NCBI GenBank assembly: GCA_964525075.1
Contig: CAZGDL010000004.1
Span: 1 to 33,473 of the forward strand
DNA length: 33,473 bases
Direction: 5' to 3'
DNA from: an uncultured Treponema sp.
GTDB taxonomy: Bacteria > Spirochaetota > Spirochaetia > Treponematales > Treponemataceae
Positions 18,101 through 25,686 of this stretch are shown in pieces. Position numbers and translations under genes: made by a program. Numbering within the stretch: the first letter of the stretch is position 1; each line of letters begins with the position of its first letter. Below the pieces are notes generated by a model. That model made no database searches, had not been told where the DNA came from, and was given only the letters and a program-made list of their open reading frames with translations.

Positions 18101-19651
18101 CTTTTGAGCCTGCTTAACACGGCTGTTCATAAAAACAGTACAGCGAGACCCCAAATCAACAGGCTTTTTTGCCATCAGGGCAATTTTTCCGAACTCTTTT
18201 ACGTCCATGCCCATGGTGTTGGCAAAATTATCCAAAAAAGAACCACAACCCGAAGAACAAGCCTCGTTCAACTGAATGCTGACAATAGCACCGTCCTTCA
18301 TACGCAGACATTTCATATCCTGGCCGCCAATATCCAAAAGGAATTCAACCCCAGGAACAAAGAAATTGGCAGCCCGGAAGTGGGTGATTGTTTCAACTTC
18401 ACCAGAATCTACGCCTAAAGCCGCCTGGAAAAGTGCTTCACCGTAGCCAGTAGAAACCGCCCTAGCGATATAAACATCATCAGGCAACATTTTATACAAA
18501 TCTTTCAGAACTTTTACGGCAAGTTCCACAGGATTTCCCTGGTTGTGAGCATAAAAATCCCAAAGAATACGACCATCCTTATCTATAAGACAAGCTTTTG
18601 TAGTCGTAGAACCAGAATCCAAGCCCAGAAAAACAGGACCGTGAGTTTTATTCAAATCACCACGCTTAGCTTTTTGCTCAGAATGACGAACCTCAAACTC
18701 ATCAAGTTCCGCCTGGTCTTTGAACAAAGGCTCCAAACGCTGAACTTCGCTCAGTTCCGCCCCGACAAGTTTTTTCAAACTATCCCGGAATTCGGCAATT
18801 GTCGGGAATTTAAAAGGATTTCCATCAGCATCGGTAAATTTACGTTCAGCAGCAAAAGCACAGCCGGAAGCCACAAAAAGCTGGGAATCTTCAGGAACAA
18901 TAATCTCTTCGGGTTTTAATTTCAAAGTAACAATAAAGCGTTCGCGGAGTTGGTCCAAAAAGTGCAAAGGTCCGCCCAAAAAAGCAACATTTCCACGAAT
19001 CGGTTTACCACAAGCCAAGCCAGAAATAGTCTGCGAAACAACAGCCTGGAAAATTGAAGCAGCAATATCTTCTCGGCGAGCCCCTTCGTTAATCAAAGGC
19101 TGGACATCGGTTTTTGCAAAAACCCCACAGCGGGCCGCAATCGGGTAAATCTGCTGGGCCCCTTTTGCCAATTCATTCAGGCCGGAAGCATCAGTTTCGA
19201 GCAGGGCAGCCATCTGGTCAATAAAAGCCCCAGTTCCACCGGCACAAGTACCGTTCATTCGTTGCTCAACGCCACCTTTAAAATAAGTAATTTTAGCGTC
19301 TTCGCCACCAAGTTCAATTACAACATCAGTTTGAGGAATCAGTTTTTTTACAGAAGTGGTAGCCGCAATAACTTCCTGAATAAAAGGAATATTCAGCCAC
19401 TGAGAAACAGAAAGCCCACCAGAACCGGTAACTTTTACAGAAACAGGCCGATTTTCGCCCCCTTCCACCTGCTTTTCAACAGTATCAAGAGCCTTATTTA
19501 CAACATTTATGATTGTAGAGCGGATATCCGCACGATGCCTCTGATAATCTCCATAAATGAGCTTATCATCATCATCCAAAATTGCAACTTTTACAGTAGT
19601 TGAGCCAACATCAATGCCAATACGAATGGGTAATAAAGAAGAATTTGCCAT
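15149..19651 (-). CDS. Fused CoA-substrate-specific activase / 2-hydroxyacyl-CoA dehydratase (2x BadF/BadG/BcrA/BcrD ATPase + DUF2229-type domains)
   Basis: Two ASKHA modules (GIDVGSTTVK...ELGGEDAK...MNGTCAGGTG; GLDSGSTTTK...DIGGQDMK...NEACSSGCGSF), CGKCQNNC, SESVCYPGK, SFGCGLDA, GGGCRATNY, PFACLPNH. Confidence 0.88.
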   Translation of the reverse strand: MANSSLLPIRIGIDVGSTTVKVAILDDDDKLIYGDYQRHRADIRSTIINVVNKALDTVEKQVEGGENRPVSVKVTGSGGLSVSQWLNIPFIQEVIAATTSVKKLIPQTDVVIELGGEDAKITYFKGGVEQRMNGTCAGGTGAFIDQMAALLETDASGLNELAKGAQQIYPIAARCGVFAKTDVQPLINEGARREDIAASIFQAVVSQTISGLACGKPIRGNVAFLGGPLHFLDQLRERFIVTLKLKPEEIIVPEDSQLFVASGCAFAAERKFTDADGNPFKFPTIAEFRDSLKKLVGAELSEVQRLEPLFKDQAELDEFEVRHSEQKAKRGDLNKTHGPVFLGLDSGSTTTKACLIDKDGRILWDFYAHNQGNPVELAVKVLKDLYKMLPDDVYIARAVSTGYGEALFQAALGVDSGEVETITHFRAANFFVPGVEFLLDIGGQDMKCLRMKDGAIVSIQLNEACSSGCGSFLDNFANTMGMDVKEFGKIALMAKKPVDLGSRCTVFMNSRVKQAQKEGASVADIAAGLSYSVIKNALFKVIKLRKASDIGEKVVVQGGTFFNDAILRAFEKIAGVQVYRPDVAGLMGAYGSALIAYDQWRDLMEPKPGEPEGTVHDVRSGIATLKDLESFHVDLDLRRCGKCQNNCLLTINTFQTASEKRTFVTGNRCERGAELEGTVVDASNKKNSGLDDDAGPLPNLFDWKYKRLFAHYVPRKPEDAPMGDVGIPRVLNMYENYPLWFTFFNELGFRVVLSQRSSRTVYEKGLETIPSESVCYPGKISHGHIVSLLQRGVKFIFYPCAPYEKQEDAGAGNHYNCPIVTSYPEVLRNNVDELRQDPTINYMDPFLPIYDKPRLAERLCEELLPKFPQLKKKQIYDAVEKAWAEQEQFKEDVKKAGEEALEEIITKGGTGIVLAGRPYHLDPEINHGIPEMINGLGLAVLTEDSVAHLGKIERPLRIIDQWVYHNRLYRAAQFVSEMPNLELVQLTSFGCGLDAVTADQVDEILKAKSRMYTLIKIDEGSNLGAVRIRIRSLIAAVKERRRNKKRPVIHSSAYHRVIFTEEMKRDYTIIGPQMSPIHFRLLEKAFASGGFKFVVLDAVDPKAVEAGLKYVNNDACYPSLLVAGQMISALESGKYDLDKVALVITQTGGGCRATNYIGFIRRALNDAGMSQVPVLSLSAQGFEKNPGFKLTLPLVDNLIKSLVVGDVLMRVLYRTRPYEAVPGSANQMYEKWNAVAENLFTKHASFHDFNKLVKNIIHDFDNLPLKPIKKARVGVVGEILVKFHPTANNQIVETIEREGAECVMPDLLDFFFYSFSTGIFRHEQLAFPTKTERNARLLVWGLELYRRKMKKYLRKSRRFEAPNSIYKMMKGVDDIVQLGNITGEGWFLTAEMVELINEGAPSIACVQPFACLPNHVTGKGMIKELRRRFPSANISAIDYDPGSSEVNQLNRLKLLLSNAPVGNHPDEVKPGFIRMPDGSLVKAEIRKAEGATDTDPAKEV

Positions 19652-19660
19652 ATTCCTTTA

Positions 19661-19689
19661 AATATAGTAATAATTCCCTAGTTAGTCAA
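19661..19689 (-). promoter_or_regulatory. Sigma70 promoter of the activase gene (near-leaderless)
   Basis: TTGACT (19684-19689)-17 bp-TATATT (19661-19666); 9 nt to ATG. Confidence 0.7.
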
Positions 19690-19718
19690 ACAAAGGAAAA
19701 TTAGGATTTGAAAGATAT

Positions 19719-19855
19719 GGGGGGTCCGGCAGCCTTCACTTGCTTCGCTCGTTCAGTCCGCCGTCGCTATGTACAGGGTTCGCTAACGCTCATTCCTCCG
19801 TTCGTTTCACTCACTCCGGAACGCCTCCGGCGCCCTTCCCAGCGCTACCCCTCTC
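19719..19855. repeat. GC-rich structured element with three GAGYG-NNN-CRA-type motifs
   Basis: ttgcttcgctc (19740-19750), ttcgctaacgctc (19779-19791), ttcgtttcactc (19801-19812); ends ggggt/acccc; 15-bp identity with 93-107. Confidence 0.6.
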
Positions 19856-22105
19856 CTAAATTTCAGTTAAAAAGGCTCTCCCCCCCCCCCCCCCATCTTT
19901 TTCCAGCTCATTCTTAAAAAGTTCAGTCAAGAAAGGACCTTTTCCACCAAAAACTTCCTTTACATCCTTGCAAAATTGTTCTGTCTGCTTTTCCAAGTCA
20001 TTCAAGAAAGGAATTTCATCAAAATTCCCGATTACAGCCTCTTTTTCAGCATCATTTCTGTAGGTCATTGTGCGGTAATAATCCGTAAAATCTTTTTTGC
20101 GGGAATCAATTGAGGCTTTGTAAATCTCAGTTGCGACAATCGAAGAATCTTCCATAATGTTCAAATAGAGTTTTACCGTAAATTCTTCAATCGGGCAGGA
20201 ATACAAATATTCCAGAACATAAAGAGAATAGCGAACCTTGTATTTTTCGTAATCTTCAGCACACTGGCCGTAAAATTTATGAACTTCGTCCCAAGAAGAA
20301 ATTTCATCGGATTTAATTTTTTCAAAAAGTTCCTGGATTTTTTGTGATGGAATTATCTGGCCACCGACATTTTCCCATTCCGTAAAAAGTGGCAAATCCC
20401 GGATTTTTTTAACAAGTTCGATGGAAAGACATTTTTGCCCATTTGCGTGGCAGAAATCTATCAAAGTTCTGGCTGCAAAATATTTCAAAATTTTGCGATA
20501 CATTTTGTAGGCGTGAACAGGCTTAAAAATCACAGCTCCATATTTTTTCTGGCAAAGACTGTCATCCAAAGTAAAATCTGCATCAGGATGTTTATGAAGA
20601 AAATCTTTTGCAGTCTGGCGGATTTCTTCCGGAGTAACGGCCCCTTTCATCCAAGGATTTTTTGTTTCTGTCAGATAATTTGCAGTCAGCTTTATCAAAC
20701 GCTCAATTCCATCAATAGTTTCCTGCATTGTATCCGGAGCAAGAGGATCTGTTTCGATATTTTGCACCCGAACAATTCTCTTATCCCGCTTTTTAAATTT
20801 GGCATTATTTCTGGTGATAGCGAACATATCATACATAAACCACCAGGCAGGAATAACGCTGATTTTTGGCGAACCATTATTGCCAGGCGAAACCAGGGCA
20901 AAAGGATAAGGAATATCCAGTTCATTAGGATAAGAACCTTTCGACACAAGACAGAATGACGCAAATCTAGAATTATGCTTAAAATCAGAACAAAGTCCCG
21001 GCCAAAATCCTCGTTTTGCAAAAATTTCGCCATCAGGACTGCGGCTATTGTGATTACTTCCAATTGTAGCCCCAGCCGCAATGTTGGACTGTCCCATAAC
21101 CGTTGTCGCAATCAAGAATGAAGAATTGTGATGTTGCTCGTGGAAAGGGAAAATCAAATTGTTCAAAATTTCGCAGCAGGAAACGGTGGAATTATCCCCC
21201 AGAACGGAGTTCAAAAGTCGAGCTCCATATTTTACCTGGCAGTTACGACCAATCACAAAACGAACTGTAATAGCCTGGTAGAAAACCCGGCAACCATAGC
21301 CCAAAATTCCGTTTACCATCTCCACACCCTCACCAATCTGGCTAGGCTCTTGTTCCGATGATAAAATCGTAATATTTTTCAGCTTAAAAGCACCTTTTAT
21401 GTAGGCTGCATCACAAATTTTTGTATCTTTGATGATGTTTGTATTTTTGATTACACAATCATTTCCAACTATACCAAATGTATTCAGCTCGCCAGAATTT
21501 CCTTTTTCGGTCAATTCCTTGAACCGCTGCAAAAGTTTTGGGTCATCACGATAATGGGACCAGATGTAGGCATCGGCTGGAATCATATTTTCAAAAGCCA
21601 AAACCGCCCGGCCTTCATTTTCGTTCGCAACGCCAATCCAAACCCGGTGTTCTTCCGGCTCGCCTTTTTTCAAAATTCCGTTACCAAATTTTGAATGTTT
21701 GGTACAGCACATTTCCTGGATATTAAAAAGGATATTTCTAGAACCTATCCGATAATTTTCAAGATAGGCAACATTTCGGACAACACAATCATCGCCAAAA
21801 AGAACATTGCTGACCCGGGAACGCCGGATGCCGGTTTCAAGGCGGAGGTCGTTAAATTTAAGATTTGCCTTGACCATCCTGCCCAAAATCACAAAGCCAG
21901 AAAAAAATGAAAGATGAATTACAGCCGGATCAAAATTTCCCGGTTTTTCATCAACAAAAAAATTATTCCAAGTTGGATCATCATTATGATTATGATTTTC
22001 TATAAGAATTTGAATTTCTTCCGCCGTAAGATGGCGTTTTCCCTGCAAAAGTTCCTGGGGAATTTCTACATTTTCTTTTTTAATTGGATACTCTAACTCT
22101 ACCAT
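19856..22105 (-). CDS. DUF4954-like protein (left-handed beta-helix repeats)
   Basis: Hexapeptide-like repeats (GDDCVV, GNDCVI, GRNCQV, GDNSTV), FPFHEQHHNSSFL, ATIGSNHNSR..DGE...RGFWPGL. ATG 22105 preferred to TTG 22114. Family name from recollection. Confidence 0.72.
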   Translation of the reverse strand: MVELEYPIKKENVEIPQELLQGKRHLTAEEIQILIENHNHNDDPTWNNFFVDEKPGNFDPAVIHLSFFSGFVILGRMVKANLKFNDLRLETGIRRSRVSNVLFGDDCVVRNVAYLENYRIGSRNILFNIQEMCCTKHSKFGNGILKKGEPEEHRVWIGVANENEGRAVLAFENMIPADAYIWSHYRDDPKLLQRFKELTEKGNSGELNTFGIVGNDCVIKNTNIIKDTKICDAAYIKGAFKLKNITILSSEQEPSQIGEGVEMVNGILGYGCRVFYQAITVRFVIGRNCQVKYGARLLNSVLGDNSTVSCCEILNNLIFPFHEQHHNSSFLIATTVMGQSNIAAGATIGSNHNSRSPDGEIFAKRGFWPGLCSDFKHNSRFASFCLVSKGSYPNELDIPYPFALVSPGNNGSPKISVIPAWWFMYDMFAITRNNAKFKKRDKRIVRVQNIETDPLAPDTMQETIDGIERLIKLTANYLTETKNPWMKGAVTPEEIRQTAKDFLHKHPDADFTLDDSLCQKKYGAVIFKPVHAYKMYRKILKYFAARTLIDFCHANGQKCLSIELVKKIRDLPLFTEWENVGGQIIPSQKIQELFEKIKSDEISSWDEVHKFYGQCAEDYEKYKVRYSLYVLEYLYSCPIEEFTVKLYLNIMEDSSIVATEIYKASIDSRKKDFTDYYRTMTYRNDAEKEAVIGNFDEIPFLNDLEKQTEQFCKDVKEVFGGKGPFLTELFKNELEKDGGGGGRAFLTEI

Positions 22106-22169
22106 AACGAACAATTTTAACTCATTATGGGAAATCTGAAAAGTAACTTTTAGGGGATTTTTCTTATGA

Positions 22170-22198
22170 ATGACGGAAGTCCCAATTTCTGCTATTAT
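22170..22198 (+). promoter_or_regulatory. Extended -10 promoter directly before ATG 22205 (leaderless)
   Basis: ATGACG (22170-22175)-17 bp-TATTAT (22193-22198) preceded by TGc; 6 nt to ATG; no SD. Confidence 0.55.
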
Positions 22199-22204
22199 TT
22201 ACCA

Positions 22205-25039
22205 ATGATTACAAAAAAAATTCTTCTATTGTCAATTTTATCATCACTAACTTGCCTGATTTTTTGCCCACCCTTATTTGCAAAACCTGCGGACAAAGTC
22301 AAAGAATACACCCTAGAAAACAACATGAAGATTTTTTTGCTAGAAGATTCTTCCGACGCCCTAGTTCACATCGAATTTTCCTGCCGGGCAGGATTTTCAT
22401 CTCAAACACAAACCACAAACGGATTTTTTAAACTTTACACGAGACTTGTCCAGGCAAGTGCCACAAATCTAAAATTTTCTGACGTCCAGTGCAATGCAGA
22501 TTCTTCTCGCTACATTTTGGAAATAGCTCCCCAGCAAATAGACAAAACCTTGTCCGCCTTATCCGAAATCGCTTTTTCGCCAGCCTTTTCTGACGAAGTT
22601 TTTCTTGCAGAACTAACAAAACTCAAAAATGAAGTTTCAGATTCCGCTGATGATTTATCCACCTACATAAACGCCGCCATCGATTCCAGAGTTTTTTCTG
22701 ACGCCCCTTGGAAACACGATTCCGGCATCTACCCACCACTTTTCAAAAAAATCACAACAAGCACCGCCCGGAATACAATCAAAGAAATTTCTGACAAATG
22801 GTACACCCCACAAAACTCAGCTATTTTTATTTCCGGCAATTTTAATTCCGAAAAAATTCTGCTTAGTCTGAGGTCAACTTTCGGGCGCTTTTATTCAAAT
22901 TTTCAGCCCCCTATTGAAAAACCTTCCCAGCCTATCAACAAGCAGCGAAAATACGTTTTTCATAATTCAGAAATTTCGTCAGATTTAACGCAAATTGTCG
23001 TTCAGTACACACTTTTAGAGATGGAAGAAAGTGATTTACTGGCCGCCAGCCTCAACAATGACGCTTCAACTTTTAAACAGCAACTTCTTGCCCTGCCAGA
23101 ATTGAATATTCCAGGTTCAGAATACATAAATATTTCTTCCGCCCACAAAAAAAATTCCTCCCGCCTGATTATCCAGAGTCTTTTGCAAAAGCCGGAAAAT
23201 AAAAAACTAGGAATTACATCTCTCCAGCAGGCCCAGGATTTTTTGGATTTGGTAAAAGAAATCCCTGATTTTACAGAAAATCTTGAAATTCAGTTTGGCA
23301 AAAAAGAATTAATTTCGGAATTTGAAGAAACAATCTCAAATCCTCTTTATCTTATGAATAATCTGGCAAATTTCTGGGCTCTAGAACCTTATTTTCCGAC
23401 AAGCGAAATTGATGACAGCCTTTATCCCGATTCAAATTTGACAAATCAGATGATGGCCCGGAGTCAAAAAATCCTCAATCTTGAAGATCAGAAAATTTAC
23501 GAAAAACTCCAGGCCGAAGAACCTTTTATTTTTGTCATCATTAATTCAAAAGATTACAAAGCCAACAAAAAAGCCTACGCCCAGGCCGGTTTTGAAGAAA
23601 TTAACGAAAATAATTCGTCCTGGTATCTGCAAAATATGTACAAAGAAATTAAAGACCAATACAAGCCCGGCCAGGAAGAATTTTACACAAATAGGTCAAA
23701 ATCCAACGACAATGCTTATTTTCAAAAAAATATTGACCAGATTCAGACCCGCCAGCTGGAAAACGGCATAAAAATCATCTCAAAACAAAATTCTAACTCC
23801 ACTGATATTTCCCTTTTGCTTTCGATTAAGGGTGGCAAATTGAATTCTGCCCAAAATAACGGTTTTGAAGAAGTGATGGTAAATCTTCTGGCCGGAATTA
23901 TCCAAAAAGAAATCAACAAAAAACAATACGAAGGTCTGATAATTGGGAATGTCAGCGTTTCCGCCAAAACGGATATTTCCACCAGCTCAATCCTCATTAA
24001 TTTTGAAAAAGCAGACCAGGAGGCGATCTGCCAAGCAATCGCAAATTCTATAATTTTCGGGCAAGTTGCCCCCGCTTCTGCTGATAGAGCTGTTTCTTCA
24101 AAGCAATATCACAAAAGGCTGGAAAACGGCAGTGCAACAAACCAACTTTTTTACGCCGCAGTTAAGACAATTTATGGCAAAGGGGATTTTGCCAGGATTT
24201 TTGATACAGAAAATGATGTTTTGCAGGCCACGGATTATATGTCGATTTTGGCTGCCTACCCGGCACTTTTGGACGCCAGCCGTTATTCCATAATTCTTAC
24301 TGGTGATTTTGATGATTCAATTTTCCCTATACTCGAAAAATCTTTTGCCATTTTTGCCAACAATAATGAAGTTTTGAATACTTATGATGATAAGGAAGCA
24401 ATCCCAAAAAATAAAAAAATCACCGCGAAAATCCGCCACACATTCCTCACCGACGTTCCTGCCGAGGAGGCGGGGCCGCAACCTGCAGTTTTAATTCCAA
24501 CAACAGAATTTTTAGACCCTGTAATTTACATCACAAAAGCCCCGGAAGCGGGCTCAAAACAAGCCGCCATTTTTAACGCAATTTTAAACCAAATTCAAAT
24601 CAGCCTGCAAAAAGCCGTCAACGAAAATAAAAAATTCAGCAATTCGGCAATTAGCCTGCAACTGCCACAAAGTAAAATGAATTTTGGAAGTATTTACATT
24701 CAAAACGTAGAACACATTATGGAAGCCGATTCTGTTTACCGGGCCACAATTCAAACTTTGCTAAAAAAAATGAAAGAGGCTGATGCAAATGAAAACATCA
24801 TTCAGGAAATAAAAAATAACTGGACTCTAAAACAGATGAATGACACCTTTACAAACAGCGGAACGGCTTTTTTAATGCAAAAAGGTCTGGAACTTTTCCC
24901 AGAAGATGGCAAAGCTGATTTTTATCTCCAGGAATACAACTACATTCAAACAGCAGGCCCCCAGGATTTTTTGGAAGTTATGACGACTTTTCCAGACAAG
25001 GCAAATTTGAGGGTTTATTCAGCGGATGGCAAGAACTAG
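22205..25039 (+). CDS. Insulinase/M16 peptidase-fold protein, secreted, probably catalytically inactive
   Basis: Two M16 halves (EYTLENNMKI...RAGFS; TRQLENGIKII...KGG), WYTPQNSAIFISGNF, signal peptide from MITKKILLL; no HxxEH motif. Confidence 0.75.
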   Translation: MITKKILLLSILSSLTCLIFCPPLFAKPADKVKEYTLENNMKIFLLEDSSDALVHIEFSCRAGFSSQTQTTNGFFKLYTRLVQASATNLKFSDVQCNADSSRYILEIAPQQIDKTLSALSEIAFSPAFSDEVFLAELTKLKNEVSDSADDLSTYINAAIDSRVFSDAPWKHDSGIYPPLFKKITTSTARNTIKEISDKWYTPQNSAIFISGNFNSEKILLSLRSTFGRFYSNFQPPIEKPSQPINKQRKYVFHNSEISSDLTQIVVQYTLLEMEESDLLAASLNNDASTFKQQLLALPELNIPGSEYINISSAHKKNSSRLIIQSLLQKPENKKLGITSLQQAQDFLDLVKEIPDFTENLEIQFGKKELISEFEETISNPLYLMNNLANFWALEPYFPTSEIDDSLYPDSNLTNQMMARSQKILNLEDQKIYEKLQAEEPFIFVIINSKDYKANKKAYAQAGFEEINENNSSWYLQNMYKEIKDQYKPGQEEFYTNRSKSNDNAYFQKNIDQIQTRQLENGIKIISKQNSNSTDISLLLSIKGGKLNSAQNNGFEEVMVNLLAGIIQKEINKKQYEGLIIGNVSVSAKTDISTSSILINFEKADQEAICQAIANSIIFGQVAPASADRAVSSKQYHKRLENGSATNQLFYAAVKTIYGKGDFARIFDTENDVLQATDYMSILAAYPALLDASRYSIILTGDFDDSIFPILEKSFAIFANNNEVLNTYDDKEAIPKNKKITAKIRHTFLTDVPAEEAGPQPAVLIPTTEFLDPVIYITKAPEAGSKQAAIFNAILNQIQISLQKAVNENKKFSNSAISLQLPQSKMNFGSIYIQNVEHIMEADSVYRATIQTLLKKMKEADANENIIQEIKNNWTLKQMNDTFTNSGTAFLMQKGLELFPEDGKADFYLQEYNYIQTAGPQDFLEVMTTFPDKANLRVYSADGKN

Positions 25040-25046
25040 GTTGGAT

Positions 25047-25075
25047 TTGACAACAAAACAAAACTGAAGTATATT
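25047..25075 (+). promoter_or_regulatory. Near-consensus sigma70 promoter of a small RNA
   Basis: TTGACA (25047-25052)-17 bp-TATATT (25070-25075); no ORF follows before a terminator. Confidence 0.8.
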
Positions 25076-25081
25076 GAAAAA

Positions 25082-25169
25082 AGGAACACCGCAGTGATGT
25101 GGCTGTTTCCTTTTGGTTTTTATGAAAGCCTACTCGGAGTAGCTACACTGGGGTAGGCTTTATTTTTTT
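25082..25169 (+). ncRNA. Candidate antisense antitoxin sRNA (~88 nt)
   Basis: Own promoter, 5' stem-loop aaaaggaa...ttcctttt, 3' terminator aaagcctactc...gggtaggcttt-atttttttg; convergent with the small hydrophobic ORF. Confidence 0.7.
25125..25169 (+). terminator. Rho-independent terminator of the sRNA (also downstream of the M16 gene)
   Basis: Stem aaagcctactc (25125-25135)/gggtaggcttt (25151-25161) followed by a T7 run. Confidence 0.8.
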
Positions 25170-25181
25170 GCCCTTACAAGA

Positions 25182-25259
25182 TTACTTGAAGAGAGCGAGT
25201 ACATCTATAAGCAAAGCTAGAATAGCAATGACAAACATTGCTTTTTCATATTTTGTCAT
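25182..25259 (-). CDS. 25-aa hydrophobic peptide MTKYEKAMFVIAILALLIDVLALFK, putative type I (holin-like) toxin
   Basis: Hand translation (below the ORF-track cutoff). Single TM helix with terminal Lys; upstream AGGGAG SD is sequestered in a hairpin; convergent sRNA. Confidence 0.7.
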   Translation of the reverse strand: MTKYEKAMFVIAILALLIDVLALFK

Positions 25260-25362
25260 ATCTGCACAAAGTCTCCCTATCATTAAGATTAGGAGACAGC
25301 CACCCTATACCACGGTGATCCAATAAAAATACTATACTAAAAGACCTACAATTTTCTGCGGC

Positions 25363-25450
25363 GCCTACGTTCGCTAACAAATGCATCCGTGCATTTGTTT
25401 ACTAAAAAATGCTCCAAGTTTTCGCATTTTTTAGTACCGCTCACTCCGTA
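25363..25450. repeat. Twin perfect hairpins embedded in a ttcgct...cgctca motif
   Basis: aacaaatgca-tccg-tgcatttgtt (25376-25399) and tactaaaaaatgc-11nt-gcattttttagta (25400-25436); flanks cctacgttcgct/cgctcactccg resemble cctccgttcgtttcactcactccg at 19795-19818. Confidence 0.6.
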
Positions 25451-25486
25451 TCAAAACCTGAATTTTCCAATTCCAAACATTCAGAC

Positions 25487-25520
25487 AAAAAAAAAGACTT
25501 GGAACAAATCCAAGTCTTTT
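25487..25520 (-). terminator. Terminator downstream of tRNA-Asn (potentially bidirectional)
   Basis: aaaagacttgga-acaaa-tccaagtctttt perfect 12-bp stem; A9 run gives the U-tract on the minus strand. Confidence 0.85.
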
Positions 25521-25522
25521 AC

Positions 25523-25595
25523 CGGCTGCTGCAGGTTTTGAACCTGCGACACATGGATTAACAGTCCATTGCTCTACCAGCTGAGCTAAGCAACC
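25523..25595 (-). tRNA. tRNA-Asn (GTT), CCA not encoded
   Basis: GGTTGCT-TA-GCTCAGCTGGTAGAGC-A-ATGGA-CTGTTAA-TCCAT-GTGTC-GCAGG-TTCAAAA-CCTGC-AGCAGCC-G; complete cloverleaf, 73 nt. Confidence 0.96.
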
Positions 25596-25620
25596 ATTTG
25601 TTCTTGCGAACGTGAATAAT

Positions 25621-25649
25621 ATATTAGTGAAAACCGCAGAACGTGTCAA
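25621..25649 (-). promoter_or_regulatory. Sigma70 promoter of tRNA-Asn
   Basis: TTGACA (25644-25649)-17 bp-TAATAT (25621-25626). Confidence 0.75.
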
Positions 25650-25686
25650 CAGTTTTCACTATTAAAATTTATTTTTTTTCCAAAAA

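Noticed and set aside
15407..19603. Several long plus-strand ORFs (e.g. 16733..17779, 15800..16498)
   Set aside because: All lie antisense within the well-supported 1500-aa activase gene
19708..19917. 69-aa plus-strand ORF
   Set aside because: TTG start, spans the structured repeat element and the poly-C tract; no protein-like features
22166..22204. Upstream ATG start for the M16-like gene
   Set aside because: Overlaps the predicted promoter; a canonical signal peptide begins at ATG 22205
25040..25595. Genomic island or prophage integrated at tRNA-Asn
   Set aside because: No integrase, and no duplicated tRNA 3' end was seen; only ~480 bp of accessory DNA
25431..25649. 72-aa minus-strand ORF
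   Set aside because: Overlaps tRNA-Asn, its promoter and its terminator
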